Positions 1 through 14,321 of a stretch of 64,000 nucleotides of DNA are shown one piece after another (the first letter of the stretch is position 1; each line of letters opens with the position of its first letter). The DNA is taken from the NCBI GenBank assembly GCA_977862235.1, contig OZ374563.1:1550001-1614000 (forward strand). Direction: 5' to 3'. This DNA is from Dudresnaya verticillata. Its lineage: Eukaryota. The notes beneath the pieces were generated by a model. It saw nothing but the letters and a program-made list of their open reading frames with translations. It had not been told where the DNA came from and ran no database searches. Position numbers and translations under genes: made by a program.

Positions 1-1440
1 TAAGTTAGGATGACTAGCACATTGCAGCCTGGCATTTTCAGGTAGCGATCGCGAATAATCCGTGAAATGTAGTTCATGTGCGTACGCATTCAGGTGGTTG
101 CAACTTGAGCTGTCTTGAGCGGATCGGTACGTCGTTAATATTTGACAGAGGCACAATTCCTCTGTCATGCGCCCGCGTTAATTCAGAACTGCCAAAACGT
201 CATTAGACAAGACTTGAAGTTACGAAACCGTTGGTAGCGACCAGAGCCATGAGCAAGGTCTCATTCCCCGCGACGGTGCCGAGAGCCATCATGATGATCG
301 CGCGTGTTCGCGTTCGCGATGTGTGGTCACACAAGCGCCGGGTGCAAGCCGAAATCGTCCGTTCAGAAGTGTTTGCCGGAAGTCTTTGGCGGTTGCAGGG
401 TCTGGAACTGGAGATGGTCATGAGAAGATCTCGGAACGATGGGGGCATAGTTCTGAAAGGTGTACTTCGTTCTGGCGGAAGATAGCAGTCCCTGAGATAA
501 CGTGGCATGCACGCGCGCTCTGGAGTGCGTTCCTTGCTGAATATGGCAAGGTCGGCACCGACGTTCGCCACATACCTACGAATGCAGCGCGCGCATTTTA
601 CAAAACGAGATCTCGCCATCAATACCGCTCGTGGGTGGCCGAAACACAAATTTGTACAGACTACGTCAACTCCCCCACGTTTTCCACTACAAGCTCTGCC
701 GTTTAGCGGCGGAATTTGCGCCATGTCAGGCGTTCTCCGCTGAACACGTAGCTGTGCTTTATTTTTGCAGAACAGTAATTGGTAAATCGATTATAATCTC
801 GATAATTCTTATGAGATACGCTCTGTAAACATAACCTAGGTACAACCGGACACACCCCCACGTTCGTGATATAGATTGTGTCCGGCCAATGGATTCTGTG
901 GCTGGCAAAATCATGGATACTGTTGGACCGTTGCCCTGCAGCGGTGGACGCCTTGCTTCACAGATTCCGTACTCCCTGGTCGTCGATGAAATCGACAGAT
1001 GAGGAATAACTGCGATAGGCATCGTACGACGGTGTCGGTCGCGTTACGGCGGTAAAGATACCCGGACGAGTTTCAGAAAGGACCCCAACTGTTTGTTGAA
1101 GTCGAACGGATATGTTGGTATACCAACGACCCGCCAGTGCCAACAAAACACCTGCTTTTCCTTAATCTCGAACAAATGGCTTCTAAACAATTTGCTCGCA
1201 TTTGCTAAGAATAACCATTGCTATTTACCAACTGCGGAATCGCTAGAAAGTGCTTGGGTTAGAACGTCGTCGTTTGCTAGGCCACCCACCTCCGCTCAAA
1301 CGGACTCCCCTACTGTCTGTACAAATGGTAGAGACAATTCAATGCTTCAGAATACTTGATCAATGCTCGCTATTTCATTTGACCAAACACGCGGTGTTGC
1401 GTCCGTAGCTCTTCTCCAAGATAGTGAAAACGATTGCAGG

Positions 1441-2808
1441 TCAGAAGGTGGTTTGAAAACCGTACGCTCTTTTTCCTGTCGGAGTAACAGTCTGTGCGTG
1501 AAACGGCCCTCTACCTTGTCCCAATGCTCTGCTTTCCCTGAGTAAGACTGGGTGCGTCCGATGGTTTCCAATTGTGGCAACGTCCGCAGCAGCGTTCGCA
1601 TGTAGTGTAACGGAACTCTGAGTTATTCCTCCTTCAAAGGGAGCAAAGCTGGAAGAGACGTGAATCCTTGAAGCCTTTAGAGGGTCCACATCAAACTCGT
1701 AACTTCCTAACACTCGTAGGAGATCTCCACTATTAGATGTTCCGCACTTTCTGGACATCTCCAGGCGATCTGGAACGGAATTAATGTTAACGCATTCACA
1801 CAGGTCTGAGAATGAAGGGAACACAATCATGAATGCCGTGCTTGCCGAAGAGGGAACCTGTGTGTGGGAGAACGCCGGGAAAAATGTAGTCGCTTCCCGT
1901 TCGGTCTCATCCGCATGCCCTGAGCGACATGCGCGAACTGAGAAAGTGTACAGTCTACTTTGGCTTTGATAGCCCCGCGAAGTATTCCATCGATTGATTC
2001 GCCCCTGTTCAGCTGGCTTCCTTGCGATCGCACTTTCTTATCCGGACCGTACTGTATCGGTTTCACAGGGCCTTGCAATCTGATAGCTAGTTTCTGACGA
2101 ACACAAACGAGAGGTACCCACACTCCTTGGTACTTTTGATTCTCCCACTTCACACAATCTCCTGGAGTGTGTAACGAGTTCTCGCTTCACCCTTTCGAGT
2201 TCTACTGCCATGTGTGCATGCGCCTCACGAAGCATCCTAACATCCATACTGCAGCAAGAATCGAGACCTTTACTACCTTTCGCGGGCTCCGTATGATTGC
2301 GCATACGCGACGTTTCTCTCCAGTCCTCGTCAGACTCGAAATCTGGGTCCATAGCTGTTGCTTTTTCTTGCGCTTACCGCCAAGAAATTCTTGGCAGGGA
2401 CGGGCTATCGGGATCGGCCGAAACACCATCAGTTGTACTTGAGATCTCTACACTGGGAGCAACCTTTAGCAGATAGTCTTCCAAAAACAAAACGACCGAA
2501 ACTGATTCAGGCCAGTTGTCTGTAGATGGGTACCGTATAGTTCCTCTGGCTGAGAAGTCTTTCGTTTTCAGTTCTGATTCTTCATCTGCAAACATGTGCA
2601 CAACTTCTACGAGGCACCACTGATCCGGACATCCCGGGAGTGTATCCATAGACCATAGGACTTCGATGAAATCGCTTTTCCGCGGTACCGCATATGACTT
2701 GGTAGTTCTTCGCGATCTTGGTGCATGCATCGGCTCTGCAGAGCATGGCGCTGCAGAGCCGATAGCTTCTTCCATCGTGAATGTTGTGAACACAGCTTGA
2801 TGAAACAA
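1441..2808 (-). pseudogene. Degraded ORF of unknown function, probably a transposon accessory gene
   Basis: Chain of minus-strand ORFs (2374-2808, 2038-2352 in the same frame after one stop, 1827-2153, 1441-1830) that read as one protein broken by stops and frameshifts. No domain recognised. Confidence 0.4.
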
Positions 2809-3205
2809 TACGGGGCACAGTTAGAGAGCCACTTCTACAGATAAGATGCTTCTGAAGGACAGACCTGCACTTCGTGGAGGTGGAAAAGAGCATAGGACTC
2901 CAAGTTGATTAGAACAGGGCGTTCTGCGCAACCTCCTAGCATGGTTTCTGCATGCAGAAAAGCTGCTGTACAAAATCGAAATCGATATTAAAAGCATGAT
3001 CGCACTAGATTACCGCAAAGACCGGAGGCAGGAAACCTCTAACAACCAGAACTGGTGCGATAGCGATATGATAAAATGATAGATGTGTATGACCTCAGGC
3101 CAGACACCTATCGGTGTGCGCAGTGCACCGAGATCAGTATGCATTATTGCATCGCGACAATAACGCATTATGGTGCGACAACTACAACTCCTGATGCGGT
3201 GTCTG

Positions 3206-4234
3206 AGAAGGAAAATGGAGAGGTTGAAGTTGCACAAGATGAGAAATGGAAGTCGCTTTACTTCGTTTACTGCAGTCGACCATCCGACAAGGCTTATATC
3301 AGCTTTTCGGATGAGTTGCTGCGTGAACACAAACAAAACAAATCATTAAAGAAACGCGCAAAATCCCTATCATCAAATGGGCGGGAAAAAGTAAAGCAAT
3401 TAAATCTACCAAATCATACTCTCAGCACACTCACATCCGCCACCAATGGGCGGCAACTTGCACACCAGTGTTGCTAACTGCTGACATCAGCAATCCCTCT
3501 TGCGACCGCATTTCCTGCCATCCATATGTACTTCAACTTTGGGCGGGAACGTGAAAGTATCGAGTGTCCCCGCCTGGCTGCTGTCGGACAACACTGCACA
3601 CCACGTGGCCGCACTTACGAGCTGAAGTCCGTCCATGAATATCCAACTTGGATCATTGACCACGTAATCACCCAGATTCGCCTACGTGGCAGCTCTAAAC
3701 CAACGTGTCGGCCGCACGACAGCTACGTGCCCACTGTAAACCAACGTGTCGGCCGCACGACACCTACGTGGCAACTGTAAACCAACGTGTCGGCCGCACG
3801 ACAACTGCATCTGCTGATATCAAAAGCCAGGCTCCACGTAGCGCAAGTCCCTGCAGTACCAACTCAGACGCCATCAGCACATTGCATGGCACGTTCATAT
3901 GTACTTGTGCAGTACAGTGCGCGTCATACCAGTACCATTCCATGCCATACCGCGTGCATCCATGTGGTCCAATCAGATCGTTCCACTTGGCCGTTCCTGT
4001 TATAACCGCCAATTCCAGCCCAACACTTGTAAGCCATATAGACCATGGAGGCGGTTTGTAACAACCAATCAGAAGCCCGTTTCACGTTGCTTTTGCAAAA
4101 GGCCTAAATGCGCCGTGATTTTGGAAGCCCGGAAAAAGGGCTGTCGTCTCCGGAAGGTTTGGTGACAGCGTGCCAGGGTGCCATCTGGGGTGCCTGACCC
4201 GTGACGTGAGGCGCCAGCGACCATGTCCTCAACA
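3206..4234 (-). mobile_element. ~1.03 kb solo-LTR-like insertion, copy 1
   Basis: Near-identical to 7557-8588. Begins TGTTG on the minus strand. Flanks GTCTG (3201-3205) and GTCTA (4235-4239) look like a 5-bp TSD with one mismatch. Confidence 0.65.
3682..3804. repeat. 3 x 41-bp tandem repeat inside the LTR-like element
   Basis: Unit CTACGTGGCAACTGTAAACCAACGTGTCGGCCGCACGACAN starts at 3682, 3723 and 3764. Confidence 0.95.
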
Positions 4235-4953
4235 GTCTATCGAGGGCAAGCTGACAACACTGAAAGCCATCGAGCGATGGCTCTCAATCTCTGTTGCCGC
4301 CGCACGCTACCCGGAGGCCCCCCGCTCGCGGTATTCCGACTGCAGTAGTAGGTGAATCGACCATGATCGGAGCTCTGCAGAGCTCGCCACGTTTAAAGGA
4401 TTGGATGGGTGCAGCACCTGCCAATGTAGTTCCAATGCCCTCACGGTTGAAGAATTCTATACTTCCCTGTCGCGTTCGCGATCTCGATCAGGATAGGGCT
4501 GGATCCAATCGAATCGATTGATTCTGATGAATTGACATTGAGAAGTAATCATCTTATGAAGGACGGAATCCCCATCACATCCTTCCCGCTTGAAAGAAAA
4601 AGCTGCTGAAGCCTCGACACATAAAGCGTTCATTATTGGCTGAGGCAGTCGAAAGATTTCCCGCGAAGTCGGTGGCGGGAGAGCAATACTGAAACGATAG
4701 TGGTGTTGAAAACGAAACGGACCAAATCCATCGCCCAGTATTGCGCTCACATGAATGTGTAGCAGTACTGCGTCAGACATATACATGCAAACGAGAACAG
4801 GATACCCTATTTTAATGCGATACCGGGCTCCACAGCGGAGATCCCCGGGTTCTAAGTCTTCAACCCCTCATTTCCGAGTTCTGAACAGAAGAATAGCCTC
4901 TGAAACCTTTTTTTACTCCTCTGCACAGCTGTTTCCACATCTCAGAGTATCGA

Positions 4954-7545
4954 ATGTTCAGAATGACGGGTCGTTCGACTCAGCGGAAGAAACAGACTTC
5001 AGCGCAGAACATGAAAGCGTACAAGGAAGCTGCTGAGGCTAAACGCACATCGGTACCAAGGGATGATCAGGCTACACGGGTCTCTCCTCGCTATACATCA
5101 AAGAGAACTCCTTCTCCCAGGCAGGAAAGACGCCCTTCCGAACGTAATGACCATCGCAGGACTGCCAGAAAATCTTCAAAGCTCGAAGAGCTTGCCAAGA
5201 TGAAAGCAAGAGCTCTTCAAACACCAGTTGTGCTGACTGCGAGAAGATCTTCAACCGGTTCCGGAACGGGCTCGAAAACGATCTTGTGGGCGTCCCTGCC
5301 GAGAAACTGGCTCCAAATGGACAACATTGTTGTGATGATGAAGATATGCCGACGAAGAAACGAAAGTCCCCGAAAACACCCCCGCCACACTCGAGAAGCG
5401 TGGAAGAGGAATGCCCAGTCTCTCAACGCACTTCAAAGAAGCCATCACCAGCGAAAGGGAACCCTGCAAATATTGTAACCAACGCGAATGGAGATGCAGA
5501 GGTTTGTGATGATGATGATGACCTGCTGGCCCCTCTCTCGCCAGACCAACTGCAAGGTCCCGGTTCTGGATCTACCGATCGACCCATGGATCAGTGTACT
5601 GTGATTCACCCTGGACTACACGGAAGCGAAGAGTTCTCTACCGACCGTGAATCTGAAATGATGAAACCCTCGGTCCCCGAGGCCGAAGTGCTGCGAAATG
5701 TGACAGAACGACAGTCGTTCAAGTACTCGCGAACGCAATTGAACCCGTATTCATCGGATCTTTCAGAGATTAATGAAGATGCTGCCACTATCAAGGCACA
5801 GAATAGAATGCTACAAGCTTTCAATAAGGAGATATCCGCTGATATCAAGTCGCACAACCAAGGCATGATGGATATTACGCGACAGGTCCTCCTAGTCGTG
5901 AAGAATCTTGCAGGTGACGTTGCAGACCTCCGTGGGCATATGCAGATTCTTGGCTCGAACCATAAGGGTGGGGGTACCTCAAACAATTCCAAGAGAATAA
6001 CAGCTTCTCAGTTTCGCAACAAATTGGACGCGCTGACTCCTTCTGTGAACGCAGTATTCTCAGCTGGTCTCCTTTCTAGAGTTCTCTCGTACAATGTACC
6101 CCTCTTTGTGAACAAAATATATCGATGGAAAGACGGAAGTGCCCAGCTTAAGGCAGCAACTGTGATGGGATCCCTACTCTTCAGCTTACAGCCCAAGGAG
6201 ACCCGAAATCTGAGGGAGACCGGCATAGGGAAGATGCACGGTGATTTCCGTGACAGGGTTGACGCAATCTTTTCTTCAATGTATCAAAGGATACCTTCAA
6301 TCTGTTAGAGAACAAGAATCCCAGACTGCGGCAATGGACGATTCTGAGAATAACGAAGACGGCGACCGGAGCAATCAGAAGATCCCACTATGGGGAAAAG
6401 CTTTGGAAAGTTCTCATGACATGGCCGCTGGGACTCCGGGATCCTTGAGGCGCGACCAAATGAAGATAGCTCACCCAAAGTGGTTGCTTCCCGGTTATAT
6501 CAGTTCTGATAACGAGCTACAGGCTCGCGTGATTCAGGAACGGGTTAAGAAGACTCGGGATGGCCCCTGTTCCAGGCTTTCTGTAAAGGAGGCGCCCACT
6601 CGAGAGGACGTCGCCACACATGGGGCACTCCGCGTCTACCGCGTTCTGGGTTCCCATCTGCATTCCTCCTGTGAGAACGTCAAACAACCCTTCTTTCAAA
6701 ACTTGGGATTCCTACTGGTCCCATGGGAGTCTATTAGCGTTAAGGCGGTACAAGATACATGTGAACTCAAGTGGGATGACCCTACAACATCCCAAGCGTC
6801 CTCTTCACAGGCACCAGGAAGGGAGATCGAATCTGGGGGCAGTAGTGTCTTTTCGCCGGAAGACGTTCCGAAGGCCAATGTGTGCCCTATACGTAGTGCT
6901 GAGAAACGAATCTTGGAAGCGGACGCTGAGAATCTTCGAACTCTAAAGGGTCTTTTTGAGAGCTAGCAAAACTTTCTCCTGTACGCGAGCTATCAGGTTC
7001 AAGTGGTTTCTGGTCCCGGCAACCAACGCAAGAATGAAAGGACTGAGAAAAAGATCCTATGTCGTGCTATTCACATGGTGGAGGTTGCTCTTTCGTTTTT
7101 CATTGAGTACTGCCACGCACAAAGCGTCTCTCAGTTTATGCGAACGCATGACTCTTCTTTCCAATCTGTGATGGTTGTGGCGTTTTTGTTCAAAGAGTTC
7201 ACTGAACAGTTTCTGAGTAAGACCCATTTGAGGGCCGGGCAGATCTGCAATTCTTCAGACATTGCCCTGGGAGGCCTATGCCTACAAGATTTGCTTCCTG
7301 TAGATTACGATAGGAAGACGCTTTTCGAGAACAAATTCGTTCGCATGAAAATGAAGGAGCCTGAGAGGCTGCATTATGTTGGGATGCAAAATAATCACCC
7401 CGTCGAGGAAGATCGGGGCGATATAGAATGTGGGGGCAAGGAGATTTCTGCAGACGAAAATGAAGTATTGGTTGCATGTGAGTCCCAAATCTGGTATTGT
7501 TTGCGCTCGTGGCAAGTTCCACAAAGTAAACAAATCTTGATGTAG
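4954..7545 (+). pseudogene. Frameshifted large ORF (~850 aa) of unknown function, convergent with the CMC-like transposase
   Basis: Consecutive ORFs 4954-5478, 5286-6308, 6241-6966 and 7003-7545. Basic, disordered N-terminus, a coiled-coil-like segment, then a globular-looking region. Confidence 0.55.
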
Positions 7546-7556
7546 TGTGTATCCAT

Positions 7557-8588
7557 TAAAAGGGATATGGAGAGGTTGGAGTTGAACAAGATTAGAAATG
7601 GAAGTCGCTTGACTTCGTTTACTGCAGTCGACCATCCGACAAGGCTTATATCAGCTTTTCGGATGAGTTGCTGCGTGAACACAAACAAAACAAATCACTA
7701 AAGATACGCCCAAAATCCCTACCGTCAAATGGGCGGGAAAAAGTAAAGCAATCAAATCTACCAAATCATACTCTCGGCACACTCACATCCGCCACCAAAA
7801 TGGGCGGCAACTTGCACACCAGTGTTGCTAACTGCTGACATCAGCAATCCCTCTTGCGACCGCATTTCCTGCCATCCATATGTACTCCAACTTTGGGCGG
7901 GAACTCGAAAGTATCGAGTGTCCCCGCATGGCTGCTGTCGGACAACACTGCACACCACGTGGCCGCACTTACGAGCTGAAGTCCGTCCATGAATATCCAA
8001 CTTGGATCATTGACCACGTAATCACCCAGATTTGCCTACGTGGCAGCTGTAAACCAACGTGTCGGCCGCACGACACCTACGTGCCCACTGTAAACCAACG
8101 TGTCGGCCGCACGACAGCTACGTGGCAACTGTAAACCAACGTGTCGGCCGCACGACAACTGCATCTGCTGATATCAAAAGCCAGGCTCCACGTAGCGCAA
8201 GTCCCTGCAGTACCAACTCAGACGCCATCAGCACATTGCATGGCACGTTCATATGTACTTGTGCAGTACAGTGCGCGTCATACCAGTACCATTCCATGCC
8301 ATACCACGTGCATCCATGTGGTCCAATCAGATCGTTCCACTTGGCCGTTCCTGTTATAACCGCCAATTCCAGCACAACACTTGTAAGCCATATAGACCAT
8401 GGAGGCGGTTTGGAACAACCAATCAGAAGCCCGTTTCACGTTGCTTTTGCAAAAGGCCTAAATGCGCCGTGATTTTGGAAGCCCGGAAAAAGGGCTATCG
8501 TCTCCGGAAGGTTTCGTGAAAGCGTGCCAGGGTACCATCTGAGGTACCTGACCCGTGACGTGAGGCGCCAGCGACCATGTCCTCAACA
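7557..8588 (-). mobile_element. ~1.03 kb solo-LTR-like insertion, copy 2
   Basis: Near-identical to 3206-4234. Exact flanking direct repeat TCCAT (7552-7556 / 8589-8593). Confidence 0.7.
8036..8158. repeat. 3 x 41-bp tandem repeat (second copy)
   Basis: Same unit as 3682-3804. Confidence 0.95.
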
Positions 8589-8687
8589 TCCATCGCATCT
8601 TGTATGCGCCCGTGTACAGCCCGTCTGTAGAGATATATATCTATACTATATTACTGACAACCTATGACACAGAGCTATATCAGTAGC

Positions 8688-11600
8688 TTAAGCTATTCTT
8701 AGTGGGTACCCATTGAGCCTTCTCTGAAGGACCATCTTTCCACCCGTAAGGAGGTTATGCGAATGCGATACCAACCTCCTCTTCAAATCAATTTGGCAAC
8801 GGCTTCATGAGTTGCCTCTGTCCGGTTTCGCATGGCAGTCGTGATATAGAGCAACTCTACGGACAGCAGGACGAAGCTCAAGAAGCTGTACAGCGGAAGA
8901 TGTAAGAGGCCTCTTGATTTCCACGTATCCTCCTCCTTGGACACGACAGCCCGTGCAAATCGCCCATGGAATATCACTGTGTCGTTGCAAGATTACAACA
9001 TTGCAATATATTTGGAGTTCTCCCTCAGGCGATGCAATTGGCTGTAACAACTTTCCATCCTTCTTACGGGGATCAATGTAGGCATGTACTGCAGTTCCAG
9101 CACAAATTGTATCGTATCGAGCTGGTGTGCCAACTAGATCCCCCTTTTCTGTGACACGACTTCGTCTTGCAGTGCTATAAAGTCTGAACAGTTTTTCTGT
9201 GTTAGTTTCTTCCAAACGTTCGTTAGAAGGGTGCGATACATTCAGGCATTCAGTTATTTCTGACATGAAATGTCCGATAACCTGTTCAGGAACAGCAATT
9301 GCGTTTGCAATATTTCCTGAAGTAGTTGCCTTTCTTGGTACCCATACAGAACTTTTGTCAAGGGCGAAGTTGCATATTCTGCCATTGCAATTCATTTGCC
9401 AAATGCATGTTTTTGTAAACTGTTGCGTAATTGTAGAGTTGAGCTCTCGTATAAGGTCCTTCTGTTCAGATTCCTTCAGTTCATTTGCTTGTTCACCATA
9501 GAATAGACGACGAAGATATCGGTATTGAATATCCATTTCCTGCACATTTCCTGGGTTCCCATGCTCCCTGGTGGCCATCACCCTCCCCTGCCAGTCATTG
9601 GCCAGACAGTGCTCCACTGCAGATAGATGAACATCCTTCTGGTTGCTTCTCGATATACATCGCTTCAGTGGTTGATGAGCACATTCAAAAACTAACTCCA
9701 TGAACGCCCTGACATGACCGAAAGCAGGGATGCTATGTTCATATAATTCGAGCAAGCGATGAAGGTTTGGTCTATCCAAATGCTTTCTTACATCACTGTG
9801 CATAGAGCATAAAAAGTCAACACTTTCCACGTACTCCTTCGACAAAAACTTCAGTTCTGAGAGGTACTCCTCGTTTTTGTTGAGCACTAGGTCCTCTGCG
9901 CTAGTTCCATCCAGCTCTTGTCGAGGCCACCAGTACGTGAAAGCTACCAGACTTTGGAGCTGTTGTAGTACCTTAACAACATCGTGAAATTTCTCGTCGT
10001 TACCGGAAATTTGAGAACTCATCACTGAACATACAGGGACCGAGACGAGGAGGCACGCAAAAAACTGAAGACAAACTCATGCTGTGCAGCTTTTTCTTGT
10101 TGTGGTTAAAAATTCGTTCTGTACGAGGAGGCCATTGTCGCGCAAACAGGCGCATATGCGTAGATCAACCTCTGCACGTTTTTCGTTGGAAGGTAGAGAA
10201 GTATACATAGCATTTAGAATGTTTTTGGCAAGCCCTGTCAGGAGATGGTCTGGAGCCACAAAGTTGGACCGATATGGGTCGAAGAGTCCAGAAACCACGC
10301 GGTGTACTTGGTCGTCGAGCGGAATTTTTCCCATCCGTTGTTTAAGCGAACGGTAAAGGTAGAGAAGGGGACATGTGCTGTCAGATACCATTTAGTTTGC
10401 CTTCATTCCAAGCATATTAGCATCGGTGTCAGCCACTGAACTCTGCCGAAGTGCCTGATACCTGTCACTTATTCGTAGAAAGGATGAATTGCTCGAATGT
10501 ATCGCCGTTGTATATCCGAATCTTGTACCAGTTGTGTCCTGAACAGGTAGTCTTCTGAATGTGCACAAGGTGCATGGAGAGGAACCAACGTGTCCAATAA
10601 CATCAACTGTTCCGGCAGAAGCGGGATAATCCCCGATGAACCCGACTACATCCATGAAAATGGTAATCCTTTCGCCGTTCGGCGCAAAGCCCTCTACACC
10701 TGTAATACTCGCTACCACGAGATCTTCGGTTATGTACTTGAGAATTTCATTCGATGATACACCTGGAGGTGTGAGTCCAACTATCCGAACGGAAGATGAT
10801 TTTCGCCTTGCGTGAGGGAGGAGCGACAACGGCAAGAGATAACAACCGCCAGCAGATGATGACGGACCCATCATTGAATACTTTTGAAAGTCATCACAGT
10901 ATAAGAGAACTCTGTAAACGACATGCTTGGAGCCATCCTGCAGACGTCCGAACGGTCGTGCTCCAGATTCCCTGCCATGTGGCTGTGCTCTTCGAGCTAC
11001 TAGACTAGAAGAACCTCTTACCATTCTGACTCGCCGAACGGGGTGCCATTTGTATATAGAACTCAACTGCCCAGCCTCCAATGGTATCCAGCATAGAAGT
11101 TTAGATGGAATGCCAGGCCGCACTCTCCAGTATCTATGAACGAGGATAGCTGAAGCTCGCTGGGACCCTGTTGTCCGTTCTGGACGCAGTAGTGTGCATA
11201 TGTCTCCTGGCATAACTGCAGTATTTTCCAAGCCTTCCTCCGGATTTTTCCCTGTACAGAAGCTTTTAATCACGTTCTTCTCAATAAGAGACAGACTGGA
11301 ATATAATGCCTTATTGAAGCTCATGGTTTCTTTGCCCTCTGCAGCAACGCACCACGAGGGCAATGTTACAGTCTTGAAAAAGTACCCATTTACAGTTCTG
11401 GACAGACCGTACCCCGTCTCGAAGCTTGGTCTCTCAACGGTTACATCAACCGACACAATAGACCCACTCACGCATATCTCCTCTTGATTTGTGGCTTCCC
11501 AGTCAGAGCATTGTACATATATGTATTCACCCAACGACATGAGTCGCTCACGATGCATAACCACTTTAGAACTGTTCAGGAAAGTATTATTGCTTCCAGA

Positions 11601-12758
11601 ATTTTCACCGGATACGAACGACGGGTACATCGCCTTGAATAGGAATGGCGCTCCGACATCTAGCTTCACCCAAGAACTTGGCAATACGACCCTGACTTTC
11701 TCAGTGTCATCTGTGATCGCATCTCCTTCCGTGCCGAACAGCGTTCGCGTATTGTTTGTTGTACTGCTCTGTCCATGAAGGTGTTCACCATATTCTTGAA
11801 CTACATCCAGGACTGATTCGACAGATGCATTCCTCGTCAGAGACAGTTGCCCAGCGCCTTTCTTCGGCAGAGTAACCAGCCTACTCAACGGGAAGCATGA
11901 TTTCACGAGGGACATGAAATACCGGTGCACATGTTTGTGCGGAGGTATAGACACAAAGCCTGCTTCGCTATTCATTTCCTCCATCAATTTCTTTAAAAGT
12001 TCATATTGGAGTACGGTATGGCGAACGCTTCCAACCACGCAAAGAATTGCTGTTAAATTCATGCGCGAGTTCCACACCCTCAGAAGCTTTCTAAGCTGCT
12101 TCCTTCCGACATCCTTTGGAGTAAATCTTACAGATTCTACTGATAATTGATGCAATACAGGTTCCTGTGGTTCTTCCTCTTGGGTGATTTCGAGTTGCTC
12201 AGGGCTGCAAAGCATTTCTCCCTCAGCTGCACCCACTTCATCAGGGATCGATGAATACTCGATGTTTCCCTCGTCACGGCGACCTGCAGGTCGATGGACT
12301 GTGTCCTCTTCATCCGAGTTCTCATCACCGACTCGTTCTCGCAATTGGTGGAGTATGTTAGCACCAGTGCTCATATGTTCATCTCTGAACGCTTCGAACT
12401 TATTTTCCTGCTGGTCAGCTTCATCTCTGAAGGTTTCGAAATGATTCTCGGGAAGCGGATCCTGTTCAGGTTCATCAATAGGACTAATCCTTGCTTTATC
12501 CTCCCCCTGCATTGATTTAGGAGGATACCGAATCATTGAAGATTCAATGTCGCAGTGCTGTTCAGCAGGTGAATGAATCAAGTGATCATATTGCTCTTCA
12601 TGGCCGGATGAGTGCTGAGGCTGCGTACCGGGCGAGAGAGTATTACCGGAGTACTCCCATCTTATTTTTCTTCTTGATGAACTTTCCCTAAGGCCTTGAA
12701 GCCACGTACACTGGGAGTTCCGTCTCCTCCTCCTCTTGCCGTTACCTTCGCTCTGCAT
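8688..12758 (-). pseudogene. CACTA/Mirage/Chapaev (CMC)- or Plavaka-like DDE transposase, disrupted
   Basis: ORFs 10392-12800, 10077-10391 and 8805-10025 plus an in-frame tail to TAA at 8688. Motifs occur in the order typical of CMC-type transposases: LYCDDF, IGDYPA...GH....CTLC, PDHLLTGLAK, MELVFECAHQPLKR. Two in-frame stops and one frameshift. No TIRs located. Confidence 0.7.
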
Positions 12759-14321
12759 TTCAAAATGATGATACGAAACTGAATTGAGATCTGGGATCAC
12801 CAGGCCTGGTGCTCCGGAGCTCCTAGCGGTTTGTTGTCGAGAACTCGTTTTTACTTTGCAGTTTGAACTCCGATGATGTTATCAACTCGAATTTTGTGAA
12901 TAAGCAGAAGTCATCTGCTGTACGCACCGCACGGTAAGGGGAAGGAAAACCATAAGCAAGATTATTAAATACCAATCCCCGAGAACTTACTGGAGACAAG
13001 AGATCTCTTCGCATCCCTGAGTCGATCAGAAGGGGAACCTCGCTTGGTCTAGTGAGAAGTAACAAAAGATATTAATATCACAATTGTGTTCGCAAGTCAT
13101 TGTTATTACTGGTGCTCCACAGGCGACGGTTCAGGCACTACTAAATTTTTACGTACGTCACATTGATATCAATGAGAAATATATCTGCGCTACAGAACTA
13201 TTACTTTACTTTTCTGTGGAGTTCCTATTATAAACTGTTCAGTGCACTGGGATGTCGAGATATTGCATAATGATGCGAACCATCAATTTTGTGGATATTG
13301 ATGCGAGTCATCAATTTTGTGGAGGGCGGATGCTGTCCGCTGTTCGGTCGTGAACTGGTCTGTGTAGCTGGCAATATGTTGAGTGCACATTGATGGAACC
13401 GTAGACGACATGCTCTACTCCTCAATATCGATAAAATCAATACTGTACAATAACACTTCACATGCTCGGTGAAAGGTATTGATGTGCTGGTTGACACTCG
13501 GAGCTGCATTCATAATTCTGTGTGGGAAACCTGAACAGGTGCAATAAATCCATCAGTTTGACAATTACTCTTAATTTATATGCTGATGAAAATGAAAGCC
13601 TTAATAAATATGCGTGGCTTTCATTGTAATGTCAGGCCAAGGCTCGTCACACAATTGTTTTATGATGAATCAGTTCTGTTAATGGTGATTGCATTGTAGC
13701 ACGTATCGTTATTGTAATTAGAATCCGTTTAAACACATGTATACATACACTTGCAGCGACTATTCCAATTGTTAACAATCAGGACGAGTTATTGCATGGA
13801 GCCCTCACACCTTCTGTCCCACCAAGCAGAATTCATAATTAATAATACGTCGTCCAGGGTTTTTCTGAAGGATCTCACTGCACATTTCTGTACCGCAGGC
13901 TATTATGGCCAAATCGTATTGCGTACGAACAGTCAAAAGCGTAGATTTAGATTGTAAAAGAATAGAGGTAACTGTGATGCCAATTGCCATGCAGGATGTG
14001 GCAGCAGACGCCCATCACTCCTGGTCATAAACCATAAATGAATCCGAATTGTAATAACATGTGTTAAAACACATTGGGAGGAATTGATATAATGAAGCGG
14101 TCGCTGATGAAGGGGTTTGCTGCTTCTGTTTAACCATTCGAATGATATGCGTGTCTTGAATAATGCCTTATGGAGCATATGCTCTATATATATATGCATA
14201 AAATATATTTTTTAGATGACTCACTGTAGCCAGATGTTATGCGTACGCACGGACAAAACTCATATATACGATTCATGTGCACGTCGCAGACAAAACTACA
14301 TATATGTTGTTTCCACCGTCG

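Noticed and set aside
203..1359. ORFs at the window start
   Set aside because: No identifiable domain; probably a continuation of decayed TE coding sequence but not assignable.
3206..8588. The two 1 kb repeats as paired LTRs of one retrotransposon
   Set aside because: Each has its own TSD-like flanks, there is no PPT at the inner junction, and the enclosed ORF has no retro motifs.
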